A DNA stretch of 60,261 bases, filler included, from Sphacelaria rigidula (lineage: Eukaryota), in NCBI GenBank assembly GCA_964200075.2. It is 10 parts of 10 records of this genome, joined end to end, with 100 filler letters (N's around TTAATTAATTAA, not from the genome) between each part and the next. Parts side by side here need not be neighbours in the genome. Positions count along the whole stretch, not along the records: positions 12,075 to 18,011 come from CAXNAA020023350.1; positions 18,112 to 24,047 come from CAXNAA020023351.1; positions 24,148 to 30,083 come from CAXNAA020023352.1; 7 more parts are not named here. The stretch is one strand, 5' to 3'. Numbering within the stretch: the first letter of the stretch is position 1; the number at the start of each line of letters is the position of its first letter. The notes beneath the pieces were generated by a model that did no database searches, was not told the origin of the DNA, and saw only the letters and a list, made by a program, of their open reading frames with translations. A program made the translations under genes and the position numbers. Positions 12,075 through 24,201 of the stretch are shown here, piece by piece.

Positions 12075-12510
12075 CTAGCATGTACCTAATTTTCCATGTA
12101 TGTTGTCCCAGAACACCGACAGCTGCGGAGAGATTTCGTCTCTTCTTGCTTGCTTGATGCGAAGATCAATTTCTCTCTGCCTCTCTTTTTGAACAAGATG
12201 CGCGTCTGTGCACTGAAAAACATGTCGTTGAAAAAGAGGGCAATGTTCCCGTCACCGCTCCTACTGTTCTCTGTCACACACATGCCCGCAAGGACGATGC
12301 TGCGGCAAAACCAGATAGGTCCAGTATGAACTGAGGGGGTGTTATTCATCGTCGAGTTTCTCCCACCTCCCCCCGCTTGACCACACGCCAGTTGGGGGGA
12401 GTGCACGAGAGATCAAACACTTGTGAAGATCTTCTTAACACGCAGAGTGAAAAAAGATACTCATGGTGGTGACCTAACTGTNNNNNNNNNNCCTAACTGT
12501 TGCTAGCGTC
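12075..12510. repeat. Dispersed ~440-bp repeat, homologous to about 59690-60121
   Basis: Colinear similarity (GCGGAGAGATT, CTACTGTTCTCTGTCACACA, GAGATCAAACACTTGT, ATGGTGGTGACCTAACTGTTGCTAGCGT). The other copy suggests the 10-N gap at 12482-12491 is really a 9-bp overlap. Confidence 0.8.
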
Positions 12511-14024
12511 GTGCAGAGGGGTGCGTCAGCTGCGATCTGGAGCTTTCGTTGATCTACTCTACTGACTGCCTGCCGTGCCTAGAGGTCACACTGGGTACTG
12601 TAACATATTAATATGTACCCAAATTCGGAATACCTTTGGAAACAAAAGGGTTGTTTTTTCAAAGTACGTCGACATGGTTGAAATGACTCTCCTTACCCGA
12701 GGGATTGCGGCTTCCCCGTCCGCCCACCAGGTATGAAAGAAGGACAACATAGTTTTTGGGACTGCATGTGATGCCCACGGAGTAACACAGAGTTTCTCGT
12801 CTAGGAAAATGTGGGGGTATTTGGTGAACATCGCTCGGAATTAAACATGTAGAATAGTTTTCGGGGGTACCGTAGTACATCTTTCCCTGTTGAAAATCGA
12901 AATTTCCTTGCTTGAACACTTTACACCTGTTACAATGAACGACTGCTTCCCAAGAAAACAACCCGTTATTTCCGGACTCCCCCTGGGGTCTAATCCTAAC
13001 GCTGAGGTTGTCTCAAATCCCATCTGAGGGGGAGGGTGCCAGCGCTTTTCGTCGCTGCATCAGATCCCGTTTGGGACCGTCAGAAGGGATATTCAAACTA
13101 TAGCTGGCACGGATTCTGAATTAAAAAGAAACGGCTCCGATTTTCAAGCGCGTTGCACTACAGTAGACTAAGTATTGTTCAACAGCCCACCGCGAAACCG
13201 GTTCTCAACACAGCCACGGCGGAGGTGGCCATACAAGGCGTGATAGCTGGTTTAGATTGAATGAAGCGCCTCGCATGGGCACTACTGGCGAAACAACCCC
13301 AGGCGTGGGGCTAACCCTAACCCCCGTTGTGTGTGTCTGCAGCTTTATTGTGGGGCACCCATTGGACCCGATTGACCACTACTCTACTGTAGGGATTCTC
13401 TACTCTGGTGATGGTATATCTCACCAGACTGCCGAACGATGATGCGTTTTAAAGATTGTTGGCGTCTACCGCCGCATTGGATCGTTTCGCTGACGGCGGT
13501 CGTCGCCGGCGCAACAGTATGAAGTCTCTCTCAGATACTCAACAACAGGCGCTCGAAAGCTCGATGACTAGTCCAAATAAGTATGTTTCCAGCATGCTTT
13601 ATTACGTGTTCCGTAGCGCTTAGACGCAGGGAGGGGTTGCTCACAAGATGCGGCACAATGCATGACAGTTGCTTTTCTGTTGGACTCCTCACCATCATGC
13701 TTTCGCTGCCGTGCAGAAATTTCTGCGTTAGGGGCACATGGTCGAAAGCGGTTGCGAATCCCGAGCCTTTCGAACAAAGTAAACGAAATTTCGATGGTCC
13801 GTTAAACCTCAAATAAATGTTGAACCTCAAAAACGAATCCAGGCTGTTCATACCAAAACGCCCTCAACCAGTGAAAAATTGAAATAAAAAAACTGACCCA
13901 CTGAGTTTTGTTGATTATGCGCAGGCGAGGACCCCCACAAAATTTCAATACACAAAAACCAAACGTGGGCCGGTGAGTGGCCTGCGAAATACTGTCCCGA
14001 ATTTCTACCGGCCCGGTTTTTGAA

Positions 14025-14298
14025 AGGCGGATGCGCCTGCCAATATTTAGAGTTGGAGCGTCAAATTTGATATGGACAATGCATAGGGCATAGAAAAAAG
14101 TTGGAGAGAAGCACCAGAAGGTTTTGTTTTTCGTGAGTTAAGGGCAATGATCAGCTTTCAGGTATCAGTACGACGTCCTGAACTCACGGAAAAACTTAAA
14201 CTTCCTCTGGTGCTTCTTTCTATTTTTTTCAATGCCCTATACATTGTCCATACCAAATTTGACGCTCCACCTCTAAATATTGGCCGGCACATTCGCCT
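14025..14298. mobile_element. Foldback/MITE: long imperfect inverted repeat (~120-bp arms)
   Basis: CCAATATTTAGAGTTGGAGCGTCAAATTTG... pairs with ...CAAATTTGACGCTCCACCTCTAAATATTGG. Confidence 0.8.
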
Positions 14299-14464
14299 GC
14301 AAACTTCCAATCCGTCTCTAGGCTGGCCCAGCTCGTACCTCTTCTGTGTGGATAGGGTCTCTGGTAGGATATTGCTAGAGTAGGCGTATTGCCATGATTT
14401 GTCAATACTCTAGCGAGTATCTAGACCACGTGAGTTGTAGGATATCTTGTGTGGAAGGTTGCAG

Positions 14465-17400
14465 TGTTTGAGTGTTTGTAGCTTCGTGACCCCGTGAGAG
14501 GATGGGGTACAGACTTGACTCAGAGAGTCGATCAATGGGCACGACTGCGATAGTTGATCAATGGACACGGCTGACTGCCGATCAAGATGAGGTAGAAATG
14601 TATATAAAGCTTTGTTGATGAAGAGGGGAGGAAGGGGAGTGGACCCAGTGGGGGCCAAGGTACCAAGATGCGACAAGCACCACTCACGTATGTCTAGTCA
14701 CTAACAGCACAATATAAAGTCATCCCGCGTAGTACCCGGAACGCTAGACTGTTGTACCTTACCCTGACAAGGTGTATTTTATTGACTACCCCAGGCCATC
14801 CTACGGACACCCCCCCATTGACTGGGTATCAAAAGTAAGGTTCAAGGACCATACTCAGTGAACAGAGCTACTCACCGAAAAAGAACTCTTCCGTTCGCGG
14901 CGCATTCAACAGATGTATCCTCTCAAGAAATGATTTTCATCAGCAACTGTAAAATCACCGTAAATCCCGAAACTCGTCACTTCTTTCAACGACTATGGGA
15001 CCAGCCAAGAACGAAATACTTCGGTGTCCTTCTTTTCACTCCAAGACAAAAAAAGCAGGGATGCATGAGCTGTGTGTTCACCACACTGTAGCTCCTGATG
15101 GTCAATCCATGCGAAACGCAAGTCAAGTTCTGCAACTGTACTAGCCCATGCTCCTTACGATAGCGTGAGTGGTCATACTTAGCATTTGAGTAACCTGCAC
15201 CACGCATGCGAGACCAAGCTCCTAGATAATATATGAACCCACACAACACAGTGGACAACTTTTGAAACTAGAATCACATGTTCCAAAATCCACTTCACAG
15301 TCAGTCAGCTGCCTACAGTACAAGAATCAAATTTCATCTTTCAAAATTCATACCACAGGAGTGCCTACGTCATCAAACCAAATTAGACACTCACCACATC
15401 TACTTTACCCCTTATTCCCCCTCGGCAACCGGCGGAGCAAAGCAGCTCATCGCCTCCAGACAAAACACACGATCAGCATCAGCCCCCCCAATTCTTGCTA
15501 TCAATGTCTCCCCCCCCGCTTCTAGGCCACAGGGAAGGAGTGCTGCATTCATCATCATATTTTCCCCATAGCGGGGAGATTTGCAGCGAGGGGCTGATCT
15601 TGATCCCGGTCGGTCACCACCCTCCAAAAACCATCCGTCATCTTGTGCTCGTCTCAGCCTTACAGACAGCACCTGTGTCGGACAAAAATGGTTTTTGGAG
15701 GCTCAGCGTCTCACATATTGTGCAGACCCGAGAGGAATGGGCAGTGGGACAACAGAAAGGAAAAGTATTGATATCCATGTTACTCAGGCGCGTCAATGAC
15801 CAACCGATGAACATACTTTTACCCCGTACCGTCCTGTGATGTCGTGTTACAGCAATCACGAACGCACGCCCACATATCATACCCGGATCCAGCACAATTA
15901 TTTCAACTCTTCACTTCTCGTTCACATGCCACGCATGGATCAAACGGCAGTTCGGGCGCTAGCATCCTGGTTGCATAAAACAGTACACTTTGACTTTTAC
16001 ATGCCGTGCCAAAATGTGTAAACCCGTATGGAATTCGCCTGGCCAGCCAACCGAGCAACGACCAGCTCCCATATGGGTGATACAATGCACTCTTCTTTTA
16101 GCATGCTATGCACATGAACCGCATCTCGCACACAACATCAGCTCTATCTATCAGCCATCAAATATGGATCACATGCGTTTTGCTGACCTGTAGCACAGGA
16201 ATTTCACTTGTGCCAATAATCACTCTTCCGAAATTATCATGATCAGGTCAAGCGGCTAGTATTGCGCTACTCAGTCCTTGCTCCTACCATAACAACGAAG
16301 TCATACCAACCAATCCAGTCAAGAAACCGATGCCTCGCGAATCCTGCACCTCTCGGAATGATAACAACGTGTTCACCTGGATGTCGAGTTTTGGAATCCA
16401 CCTCAAATTTTGTGGTCTCAACCATCGTTCATCCGCATACCCCTCTGCGGAACGTTTCACCGACATCACCCTCTAGTCTAGTCAGATCATGGTGCCCCAC
16501 GTGCCTGTACTCACCAAGGCGACGAACAAAGTTCCACCTCAACCGATCGAGTAAGGATGTGGTGCCCCACAGTCCTGCGCTCATCGGGGTGGCAACAATG
16601 TTACACATAAGCGTTGAGTTTCGGCATCCATGTCAAAAACTGTCCTCAACACTCTTCATGCACCTTCATTCTCTGCATTTTCACCGACACCGTTCCACAG
16701 TCAAGCCAAGTCGCGGTGCCCCGCTCTCTCATACCAACAAAAACGGCAGACAATCTTCTTTTATCAATGAAGTCAAACAAGCGCGCAAAGCAAGTCTGCA
16801 CTCATCGAGACAGCAATATTTGTCAAACATCAACACTGAGCTTCGGTCTCCATATCAAAATATGGTCTCAGCATTGTCCAGAGATGTCCAACATTTCGGT
16901 CCACCTGGGCACCAACCTTTTCTTGGGTACATGAATCGCTATCTGCATGATAGCCAAGAACACTCAAAACATAAAACAAAGGGTTATTTGAGTCATGCGT
17001 AGGTTTCATGCCATCATTTTCAAAAGGCTTCTGCGTCCGCTTCTAAACATACTGAAGAATCGCTACTACTCAACGACCCTACTACCATTGCTGTATCTTC
17101 GTCTTCTCCTGTACTACAATCCTGAAACGAATATCCCTTTTGTCGGCATCTCATCCAATATCGCTCCGGACACTCATGCGCGGAGTGTGCTGTTTGCTTC
17201 CGGCAAATCCAACACCGCCTCTCCTTTACAGAACCATTTTTCATGCCCACCAGGTTTTGAATCCCCCGTATTTCCCGAGGTCCCTTGTAAATTCGTAAAT
17301 CCCTTTTTCGACTTCACTTGCCACTTCACGGGGGTCCTGGCCAGTTTCCTGTGTCATGCGGAAATATTTCCCGTCTGTTACGTGAGGTGCTTATGAAAAC

Positions 17401-18011
17401 TACGGCACTAACTTGTGTCAGGGAATCATCATCACGGAACAACGGCCAATTTTCCTCCTTACCGTCAAACTTCTCATCGAATCTTTCATCAACACGAAAA
17501 CAACTCTTCACGCCTAGATGAGGGTAGGAAGCCGGGGACTCCTCGTTCATACTTACTTGGGCGGATCCATCGCCCGTGGATCCTCGGAGAGGGCCTGATA
17601 CAATCCCTACATCGCGTGGTGATCGAACCCTCCCTGTTCCGGCGCTGGCGACGGTGTGCCTCTCGTCGCCTACCTCCCCCTTCCAGTCCACTGCCGCTCC
17701 AAGGCCAGTGGACGATGTCCCGCGCACTAAGTGGGACATCATCATCCTCAGCTCCGCCAGCTGCTCGGTAATTCCCGTCACCGATCCTTGCAAGCTGGCA
17801 ACATTCTCTTTCACCTCCAGCATCTCCGCTGGAGACGATGTGTCTCACACGACGGCCAAGTGTCTTCCCGCGGTGCTCCAGTTCGCCATCGGTCCCATGG
17901 CCACTAAGCTCCCAAGTTGGGTAGGGGGGGGGGGCTCTAAAGTGTTTGAGTGTTTGTAGCTTCGTGACCCCGTGAGAGGATGGGGTACAGACTTGACTCA
18001 GAGAGTCGATC
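14465..18011 (-). mobile_element. Degenerate Ty1/Copia LTR retrotransposon; 3' LTR about 14465-14809, 5' LTR from 17943 truncated by the contig end
   Basis: 14463-14533 is identical to 17941-18011. Minus-strand PPT AATGGGGGGG abuts TGTCCG at 14809. Minus-strand gag remnants include KFDGKEENWPLF, the knuckle CWICRKQTAHSAHECP and SVCLEADAEAF (compare SVCSDADAEAF in the Copia at 56 kb). The pol region is badly decayed. Confidence 0.75.
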
Positions 18012-18111
18012 NNNNNNNNNNNNNNNNNNNNNNNNNNNNNNNNNNNNNNNNNNNNTTAATTAATTAANNNNNNNNNNNNNNNNNNNNNNNNNNNNNNNNN
18101 NNNNNNNNNNN

Positions 18112-21100
18112 GCCACACGCATCGAGTTCCTAGGCCATTATATCAGCCCTGACGGTCGTAGCCCCAACCTCGACAAAGTTGCCGCACTTAGAGAGATGCC
18201 CATGCCACGCGATGTCTCTCAACTGCGCTCTTTACTCGGTGGTTTGAGTTACTACCGCCAATATCTGCCAAATTGAGCCCAAGCTCTAAAACCCCTCACC
18301 ACCCTCCTCAAGAAGGGGGTGAAATTCGTGTTCACGTCGGCAATGGAAAAATTTATGCGAGAGAAGCTCGACACATTGTCAAAGCCGCCAATTCTGGTTT
18401 TTCCCGACTGGTCAGCTGCTGAAAATGGCTCCCGTCCGTTCCGACTGCACACGGATTCTTCGAAAATTGGGTTTGGCTGCACACTGGAACAGGAACAAGA
18501 CGATGCTAGTGTTCGCCCCATTGAATATCTGAGCCGAACCACCAACCCAAACGAACAGAACTGATCCGTCATGGAACAAAAAGCCGGTGCAATTGTTTGG
18601 GGAGTGCGACGACTCCGGCAATATTTGTATGACCTCCCGTTTGTGGTTTATACAGACCATAAGTCTTTGGAAAACCTCGCCAAAATGGCGGAACACAACG
18701 CTCGGGTTCAGCGCTGGTTTGAAATCCTGTCTTCCTACAGCTTCACGTTGAAGTACCGCACAGGTCCCCAAAACGCAACCGCCGACTTCCTGTCACGCTT
18801 GCCCTTGCCAGCCCAACCCATCGACAACTCCGCCTTGGGTCGCATCACAGACCCCACCGAAGACATTCTATATTTCATAATCACAAATGGTCATCGCGGA
18901 CTCTATACTCCACTCTCACTGAACCACAACTCGGCATTGTTTTAAAATAAGCTGACGCCTTCGGCTTACGCTTCTGTATTGGGCAGTTTGGCCCCACGAT
19001 CGTTGTGTTCAGTTAAAGGTGAAATTCGGGCAACTACCGGCGGGTATGATCAATTTCGTGCGTATGGTCATCGGATGGTTTGCACTGTAGAGCCGGTTTC
19101 TACTGACTGCGTCCTCCCGGTTCAAGTCCGAGACCTCATCTCGAGCCGGACCCGAGGACGCCGGGCCGCGGAAACGGCTGCCGCCCTGGCAGCAGCCGGC
19201 CCAGACCTCCCCATCCCCAACCCCATTCCAGTCCCCGATAGCCTCCTTGCGCCCCCGTTACCTCCACGGCGCAAAGCCCCCAGAAAATCGACACCTTCCA
19301 AACCACCTCTGCCCACCATAGTCGAGATCTCGACTGTGCCTCCCCCACCCCGTGTAGTCCACCTCCGGTACCACGCCATCCGACACCCTCCATAACGTAG
19401 GAATAGAGGTGAACGTTCCGTTTGAGAAAACACTGACCACCCCTTCTGCCCTTGATCCAAATAACGCCCCGTGTCCATCCCACAGCGATTCGATCCCCTG
19501 CGTTTTGGACAAACCCCCCGACAGTGTATTCAAGGAACTGACCCTCTTTTCTCACGCCGGTTGGGCCCGGGAACAGCAAGCTGAACCTGCTTGTAATGCA
19601 GCTATACGTTATCTATCCAAATGATGCCCCTCCCCCTTTCCAGAAGCTGGGTTCCTTTTGCCAGTAGGGCCCCACCGAGCCCCCAGACAGGCTGAATTAT
19701 CGCGTAAGGGAATGCTTTACACGGATGATAATGGCGTTATTCTTTTAGTTCACCGGCCCCCCACAACCCCTCCTGGAGGGAAATCTACTCGTAGTCACGC
19801 CCGTTTGTTGGGTGATGCCCCCGTACGTGTTTATGTTCCGATGCTTCTGCGTCCATGGGTTCTCCATGAATGCCACTCGCAAGCATCCACGCATCTGGGC
19901 GTCGCTAGGACATCTCAGATGCTTCAACGTTTTTTTCGTAGATTTGTATGGACCAATGGGTGCGTTGGTGGGTTTGGCGGTGTCTTCTTTGCCAAGCACG
20001 CAAAACTTCACGTCAAACAGTGAGATGACCGGTAATCTCTATGCCCCTTCCCAATGGGCCTGGTGAAATAGTTTCATGGGACTACTTTGGCCCCCTGCCC
20101 CTGACTGGTAGTGGTAACAAGTACATTTTGTTGTTTACGGATCGGTTCAGTCGACATGCTGTGATGAATGCTGTTTCGGAGGCCAATTATAGTGCAGAAG
20201 GGACTGCCAACGTCCTTGTGTACACATACATCCCTCAGTGGGGTGTCCCCAAACGTTTGTTATCCGATAACGGCCCACATTTTTCCGGCAACCTTTCTGC
20301 CGCGATCAGTGATCTCCCGGGTGCCCATCGTACTTTTACTAGTTCATACCATCCGTCCACAAACGGTGGGACCGAACGAGTTAATCACACGATGGCGCAA
20401 ATGCTTGCCACAGTGACCAATGAGCGACAAACGGGCTGCGACCTGCACTTGCCCCTTGTCCAAATGAACTGCAACAACTCCGTCACTGCCGCCACAGGCA
20501 TGGCTCCCAATGAAGTTCATATTGGTCGTATGCCCAGGCTGCCATTGACAGTGTTCGACAGGAAACCCCCTGGTGATCATCAGAGTTTGGATCGGGATAT
20601 CGTGGAGTATCATATGTCTGCTAGTAATCGCCTTCGTCTTGCATATGAGGTGGTACGGGAGCAGAATTTGATCAACGCAGCAAAGGTAGCTAGGGCAAAC
20701 CGCGTGTTGGATGATGCAGTGAACCACCGTCCGGTCTACAAAGTAGGTGACTGGGCGTGGGTGTATAACGATGTGAGAACTGTAACCCAAGGTGCGAGCT
20801 CTGCTAAGTCGTCGTCGGATAAGGTGTTGAAGTCGAAGCTTTGCTTGAATCGGACTGATCCTTGGAAGATCTTGGCAGTTGGGCCCTGTGATACCGCCCC
20901 TAACGATAAACCAGTAGGTGAGAAGCTTTTGTATTTGTATTTTCCCACGGATGAACCTGGCGTCAAAGCCAAAAACCGGGTATCGATGCTTCGGTGCAAG
21001 CCGTGTCTGCCCCCTCACGACACTAGTGATATGCCCAAGCAATTGCCTATGGGGCTCGGTCAGTATGTGCTAACCAGGTATGCGGCGAAACCCCCCCCGT

Positions 21101-21729
21101 AACACATGACCTTCGAAGACGCTGACGGTCCTCTTGAACATGTAGTGGTAGATCGCATCTCGGGCCACTAATTAGTTCGAGGTCGAGGCGGTAAAATTGC
21201 GGTTATGTATCAGACCCACTGGAAAGGCCTCATGCGTGTTACGTGGGAACGGGAAGAGGATTTGCGTCATTTTCGAAGAGAGATTCTTTTATATTGGGTC
21301 GGAGATGTCGTCCAACACCGCCCGTTGAACCAACGATATAGGTATATGCGAAAAGGCGCAGCAGCTCGTGAACTGGCCCGAGAGCACTCGGCACGATTTG
21401 TCATTTCGGGCTATAGTCTGATTTCTCGTTCGCAATACCTGCGCTCTTTTTCGAAGAAACGTTTGCCGAGAGGTGCATATTTTTCGTACAGGGCTATGGA
21501 TTCGCGGTGGTGGCTGGGGAAGATTTATTTGATAGATCCTGAGGCGGACGATTCCTACTACATCCACTTCCTCGATGACCCGGGTCCTCTCAAGATCCGT
21601 CTCAACGACGATTATTATACCGAGATGCCGACCGCTCGCCGAGGATCTTGGTGCCTACAACGACACGACAAAGGGGACATCGACACAGCTGTCTTGCGCA
21701 ACCTCGACACGGCGTGGAACACGGAATAA
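18112..21729 (+). pseudogene. Ty3/Gypsy pol, 3' half: RT end, RNase H, integrase (HHCC, DDE, GPY/F-like), chromodomain, Tudor-like tail
   Basis: IEFLGHYI and LRSLLGGLSYYR (RT); LHTDSS, YTDHKSL and NATADFLSR (RNase H); HECH...THLG (zinc finger); SWDYFGP/LSDNG/NGGTERVN (DDE); YQTHWKG..VTWE (chromodomain). Several in-frame stops (e.g. 18562, 21100, 21169) and frameshifts are present. Confidence 0.93.
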
Positions 21730-23537
21730 TCTTGATGGCGAGTTTGCGTTCCTTCTGATTTTATTCGTGTTCTTTGAAATCCCCCCTGATTTTGTTTTTC
21801 CTTGTCTTGTCGTTGGTGTCGTTTCCTCAAGTACCGTTGCGAGTCGGTTGTCTGCGTTTGTCCCTACCGCCCATCGTATAGCCCCCCTGGTCTCGTCGTG
21901 TTCTTTTTTATTGTCTTTTTTCTGCTTCCCCTTGCCCTCTCGTGGTCTCGTTTCCCTGAATGTTTAGCCCGGTTGCCCACGTTTCCCTCGGCAGTACCCA
22001 GCAACCGCGTATGTCGGTGTTCTGTGGTGAACCGTTGCCGCGTATGCCTGTTCCTGTATGCAGCTTTTGTGTTTCTTTTCTTTTTTGTTATCTCTTGTTT
22101 TTTTTTTTACTTTTTTCAAATATTTTTCTTGTTTTTCTTTGTTTTCTATTTTTTTTTGTTCTGCCCTGTTCCCCTTCTTCCTACCTTGCATGGTCCCCTG
22201 TTTTCCTCGTTTTTGTCTTTGGTTTTTCTTTTTGTATTCGAAGACGGCCGACGCACCCCGTTGGTATTCTCCAACACGCCCCGCACCAACCCCTTCCGAG
22301 GGCACATACCCTGTGTGTGCGATTGTCCAACCACGGTTATCAACCTCTCCAACGGACTGGTTTTTTCGGCGTACCCTGTTATTCGTTTCCCCCCTACTCT
22401 TTTCTTGTTTTGTTTTTTTACGGCTTAATAACGTTGGACCCACGTCGGCTTTCGACCACCGGGTTATGTGTTGTGCGTCCAACAAGCCCTCTCCTTGAGT
22501 ACCGTCGCAGATTGTGTGTAATTGCTCGCTGTATCAGGTGTCCCATGTTCGGGGATATTTATTTTCTCTTGGATTATGTTCAGTTCCGTTGCTACAACAG
22601 TCCGCCAAAACAAAAAGAAAAAGTCGTTTTGTTCTTCGCAGTCTCGAGGTCGTACATCCGGTCCGCCGCTTCGGAATCAGTACGGTGGTTCGTTTTTGTT
22701 GTAGGATTATTGCTGGCGAATTATCGCCTTGATGTGCTCGGCGGGAGTTTATCCTCCCGTTTGTATGCCCACCCTCTCGATTTTCTCGTCTGAACGGGCA
22801 CATATCTAAGAGCGGACCGCCTCGGCCCCTCTTTCTGTATACTTGCCGTGGTTCACCACGAACGCATCGGATTACCCGCCTTGGATTTATCTCCTACAGT
22901 TGTGTGTTATTCGTTGACGCTTTGTGGGACGATACGGGCACCTTTTCAATTCGATGGGCCGCCCTTCATCGTCACGTTGGTGCATCATGTTGCCTCACGG
23001 CTTCATGTTAATTTTGGTTTCCGGTGTCTTTCGCTCAGCGATTTTCTTTTCCCGCTTGAGCATTCAACACCGTCGCGTTCTACTGATGAAATAAGTGTAC
23101 GGTCGTTTGTGCTCCACCGGTACTGTGAAACGCCTTGGCGGGCTGCTTACCAAACTCTAACAGCGGAACTGGACGTCCAATGAGACATAATTTCCCCTTC
23201 GCATGATTGCAGTCAAGGTTCATATAAGGATTTTGTAGCATATGGACTACCGGGTTGTTTGTTCGTTTGTTCGTTTATTTCTTTTTTTCGCGGCTTGAGT
23301 TTTTATTTTTTTATGGCGGATTTGTCCTGGGTTCCCGGATATTTCGTAGCTTCTGACGCTATTTTTTCGAGGGATGCCGATTCTTGCGTTTTGCACTCCC
23401 TTCGTTTTTTTTTTTTTTCCTCCATATTCCGTGTCGCCCTCTCAGTCCCCGTCACAGTACTCCCCCCTCAACGTCTCACATTTCTTATCATGGTATCTTG
23501 TTTTGCTTTTTTTTTCCTGTGGTGTGGAGGAATGGAA

Positions 23538-23784
23538 TGCGTGGGTAAAGCAACCTCGTTTCACTGCGTTCTCCTGCGATTGCTTTACCCATTGGAGGCT
23601 AGTGTGATATGATGTGACTGTAGGACGTAGCCATGATCTTCGGCAAAAGTGACATTGAATGATGGGACATGCGCAATTAGCGGAGAATTCGCTGCCCCTT
23701 GAAGTTGACGTTCTACGGAGAGCATGTATTTGAATTAAAAAAAAAGGCAGTGACCCAAACATGGCATGAATAGACGAGCACGCA
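23538..23784 (+). repeat. Candidate 3' LTR of the Gypsy element
   Basis: Purine-rich GGAGGAATGGAA lies immediately before TGCGTG, and there is an inverted end CACGCA at 23779-23784. No second LTR is available to confirm it. Confidence 0.35.
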
Positions 23785-24147
23785 TTTTGGGATTGTATGG
23801 TATGACCTTAGCTATGTTGATTTAGGGGGCGGCGAAGCGCGTTCGAAATAGTAGCCCCGACGATTACTCTCTCTTCTCATCCCGGTTTTTGGCTGCGATT
23901 CACCAGTTTTCCCATTGGAGTATCTCTACAGACCGCGAGAAAGTGAGTCCCAGAGATAAGAGCAGTAGTCGGGCTGCTGTTGTGTCTGGTGTGTTTTATT
24001 GATCAAAGCTTAGGCCTGTTTCGGTTTATGTTGCATTAATGTTCTGTNNNNNNNNNNNNNNNNNNNNNNNNNNNNNNNNNNNNNNNNNNNNTTAATTAAT
24101 TAANNNNNNNNNNNNNNNNNNNNNNNNNNNNNNNNNNNNNNNNNNNN

Positions 24148-24201
24148 GGAGCCCCTGAACCAGACAAAGTTTCGCGAAAAAAGTGCACCCCTACCGTAGC
24201 A
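24148..24201. mobile_element. Right end of a TGCTACGGTAGGGG-TIR DNA element, abutting Gypsy gag
   Basis: GGAGCCCCTGAA...CCCCTACCGTAGCA. The same end occurs at 36440-36494, and the inverted (left) end at 30024 and 35688. Confidence 0.6.

Noticed and set aside
16262..17002. 246-aa plus-strand ORF
   Set aside because: It is antisense to the decayed Copia interior and has no recognisable domain.
21575..23183. Long overlapping ORFs (up to 277 aa) after Gypsy pol, as a possible env-like gene
   Set aside because: They arise from T-rich low-complexity sequence, are open in several frames, and show no recognisable motif.
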